Positions 62,413-64,000 of a DNA stretch of 64,000 bases are shown piece after piece. The DNA lies in contig NC_043012.1 of NCBI RefSeq assembly GCF_006345805.1, positions 20,336,001-20,400,000 of the forward strand, given 5' to 3'. The notes under the pieces are model-generated. The model was not told the DNA's origin. It searched no databases and was given only the letters and a program-made list of their open reading frames with translations. The position numbers and the translations under genes are program-made. Source of the DNA: Octopus sinensis (Eukaryota). Every line of letters begins with the position of its first letter. Within the stretch, counting starts at the first letter, position 1.

Positions 62413-62615
62413 ATTTCTTTATTACCCACAGGGGGCTCACATAGAGGAGACAAGCAAGGACAGACAAAAGGGATTAATTCAATTACATCGACTCCAGTGT
62501 GTAACTGGTACTTATTTAATCAACGACGAAAGGATGAAAGGCAAAGTCGACCTCAGCGGATTTTGAACTCAGAACGGCATTTCGCCCGGTTTGGTAACGT
62601 TTCAGCCAGCTCAAC
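62413..62615 (-). mobile_element. SINE family B with 16-bp TSD and a short head deletion
   Basis: TATAAATAGTATTATT at 62397-62412 and 62616-62631; family B core in between. Confidence 0.93.
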
Positions 62616-62865
62616 TATAAATAGTATTATTGCAATATTAACGCCATTATTATTACAATAATACTTTTTCAGTGTTACACAATGGATAAAGCATATACGT
62701 AAATAGTACATAGATATCTATCATTTACATGAATGAGTTGATATATCTTTCTTGACGTGAAACGTGCAACTAGCGTAAGAAAGGAAAGAAAATCATAGGA
62801 CTGAGTTGTGTGTTATATAATCTTGGGCAAAGAACATAGGGTGGTTCCAATTTTTATCTAGCCGT

Positions 62866-63050
62866 TATGTGTGTGTCTGTGTTTGTGTGCGTCAATGTGT
62901 TTGTTTCTCTGTGCGTGTCTCTCTGTGCGTGTCTCTCTGTGTGTCTGTGTATGTGTGTCTGTGTATGTGCTTGTGTGTGTGTGTGTGCATGTGATTGTTT
63001 CTGTGTGTGTGTGTGTCTATGTTTGTCTGTGTATGTCTATGCTTTGTGTG
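62866..63050. repeat. Degenerate (GT)n/(GTGTCT)n microsatellite
   Basis: Read directly. Confidence 0.92.
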
Positions 63051-63405
63051 GACGGTGGGGAAAGTGTGTATAGTTGCGGAAATATGCACATATGGTGCAG
63101 ACTTTACGCGGAAAATACTCGTAAACACAAATACCAAGACACTTGAAAATACTGAAGGAGAGAATATTGCACATGATTCACTCAAATTTCAGTAACGAAA
63201 TATCAAAATTCAACCCAATTACGTGGCGAATATCACCTGTGAACGTAATTAATTAAACCGAAAAGTGGTTTTAGCTTCTTAGTTGATAATGATTGCATAA
63301 AATAAAAGCAAGTACTGCGTTCGTGGTTGATAGTGTGATTGCTATGGTGAGAATTAGCTTCACGCGAGTCTAGTGAACATCATTAATGGACGATTTACAG
63401 CTATA

Positions 63406-63492
63406 AAATAATAATAATGATAATAATAATAATGATAATAATAATAGTAATAATAATAGTAATAATAATAATAATAATATGAATAATAATAA

Positions 63493-63543
<51 letters not shown>

Positions 63544-63566
63544 TGATGATGATGATGATGATAATA
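63406..63566. repeat. (AAT)n/(GAT)n trinucleotide microsatellite
   Basis: Read directly; explains the poly-Y and poly-L ORFs. Confidence 0.97.
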
Positions 63567-63749
63567 ATATATACACATTTAATATAGAACAGTGAGAACG
63601 AGTGCTCAACACAGCGTTAGTAGATTAGCATTTTTTATTTGTGTGATAAGAAGGCTAGAGAAATCTCTCAACAATTTTTCGAGATGTTTTTTCTCTACCT
63701 AAGACCATTCGTAGCCATGATAACCTACAGATAATACATGTTTGAGCGT

Positions 63750-63752
63750 GTA

Positions 63753-63794
<42 letters not shown>

Positions 63795-63838
63795 CGTGTG
63801 CGTGTCTGTGTGTCTGTGTAAGTGCATATATAAATTAG

Positions 63839-63885
<47 letters not shown>
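63750..63885. repeat. (GT)n and (AT)n microsatellites
   Basis: Read directly. Confidence 0.95.
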
Positions 63886-63887
<2 letters not shown>

Positions 63888-64000
63888 TATGCATAGTGTT
63901 TCAAGATGTGTATGTATAGATGCATGAGTTTATCTATATATGCTTTACTATTAATATACTTCGAGCAGTCTTTCAGCTAAATGAACCACAAGGCACTTGA

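Overview
AT-rich, gene-free eukaryotic DNA, almost certainly from an octopus or other coleoid cephalopod. That host call is an inference from the SINE families and microsatellite load, recalled from memory and not database-checked. No host protein-coding exon, rRNA, true tRNA or CRISPR array could be supported. Most ORFs in the supplied track are translations of (AT)n, (GT)n, (ATGT)n, (ATCT)n or (AAT)n microsatellites; the rest are mostly pieces of dead transposons. The window is a graveyard of mobile DNA: about 19 tRNA-derived SINE copies in three families; four Tc1/mariner loci plus one weak relic; one internally deleted Chapaev3 (CMC) element with intact TIRs and a 3-bp TAA TSD; two RLE-endonuclease (R4/Dong-like) LINE 3' ends; a rearranged L1/Tx1 relic; decayed RTE-like LINE sequence; and five Penelope-like (PLE) fragments, several followed by degenerate hammerhead-ribozyme motifs. 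The structures most worth a second look are a ~1.07-kb foldback (45.4-46.5 kb), a ~180-bp inverted insertion flanked by a perfect 24-bp duplication (42.3-42.7 kb), a mariner made of two outward-facing 5' halves (5.07-5.90 kb), and a Tx1 relic with RT placed upstream of the endonuclease (22.2-23.0 kb). I found no evidence of a new multi-gene system. All homology calls come from by-eye translation and remembered family motifs.
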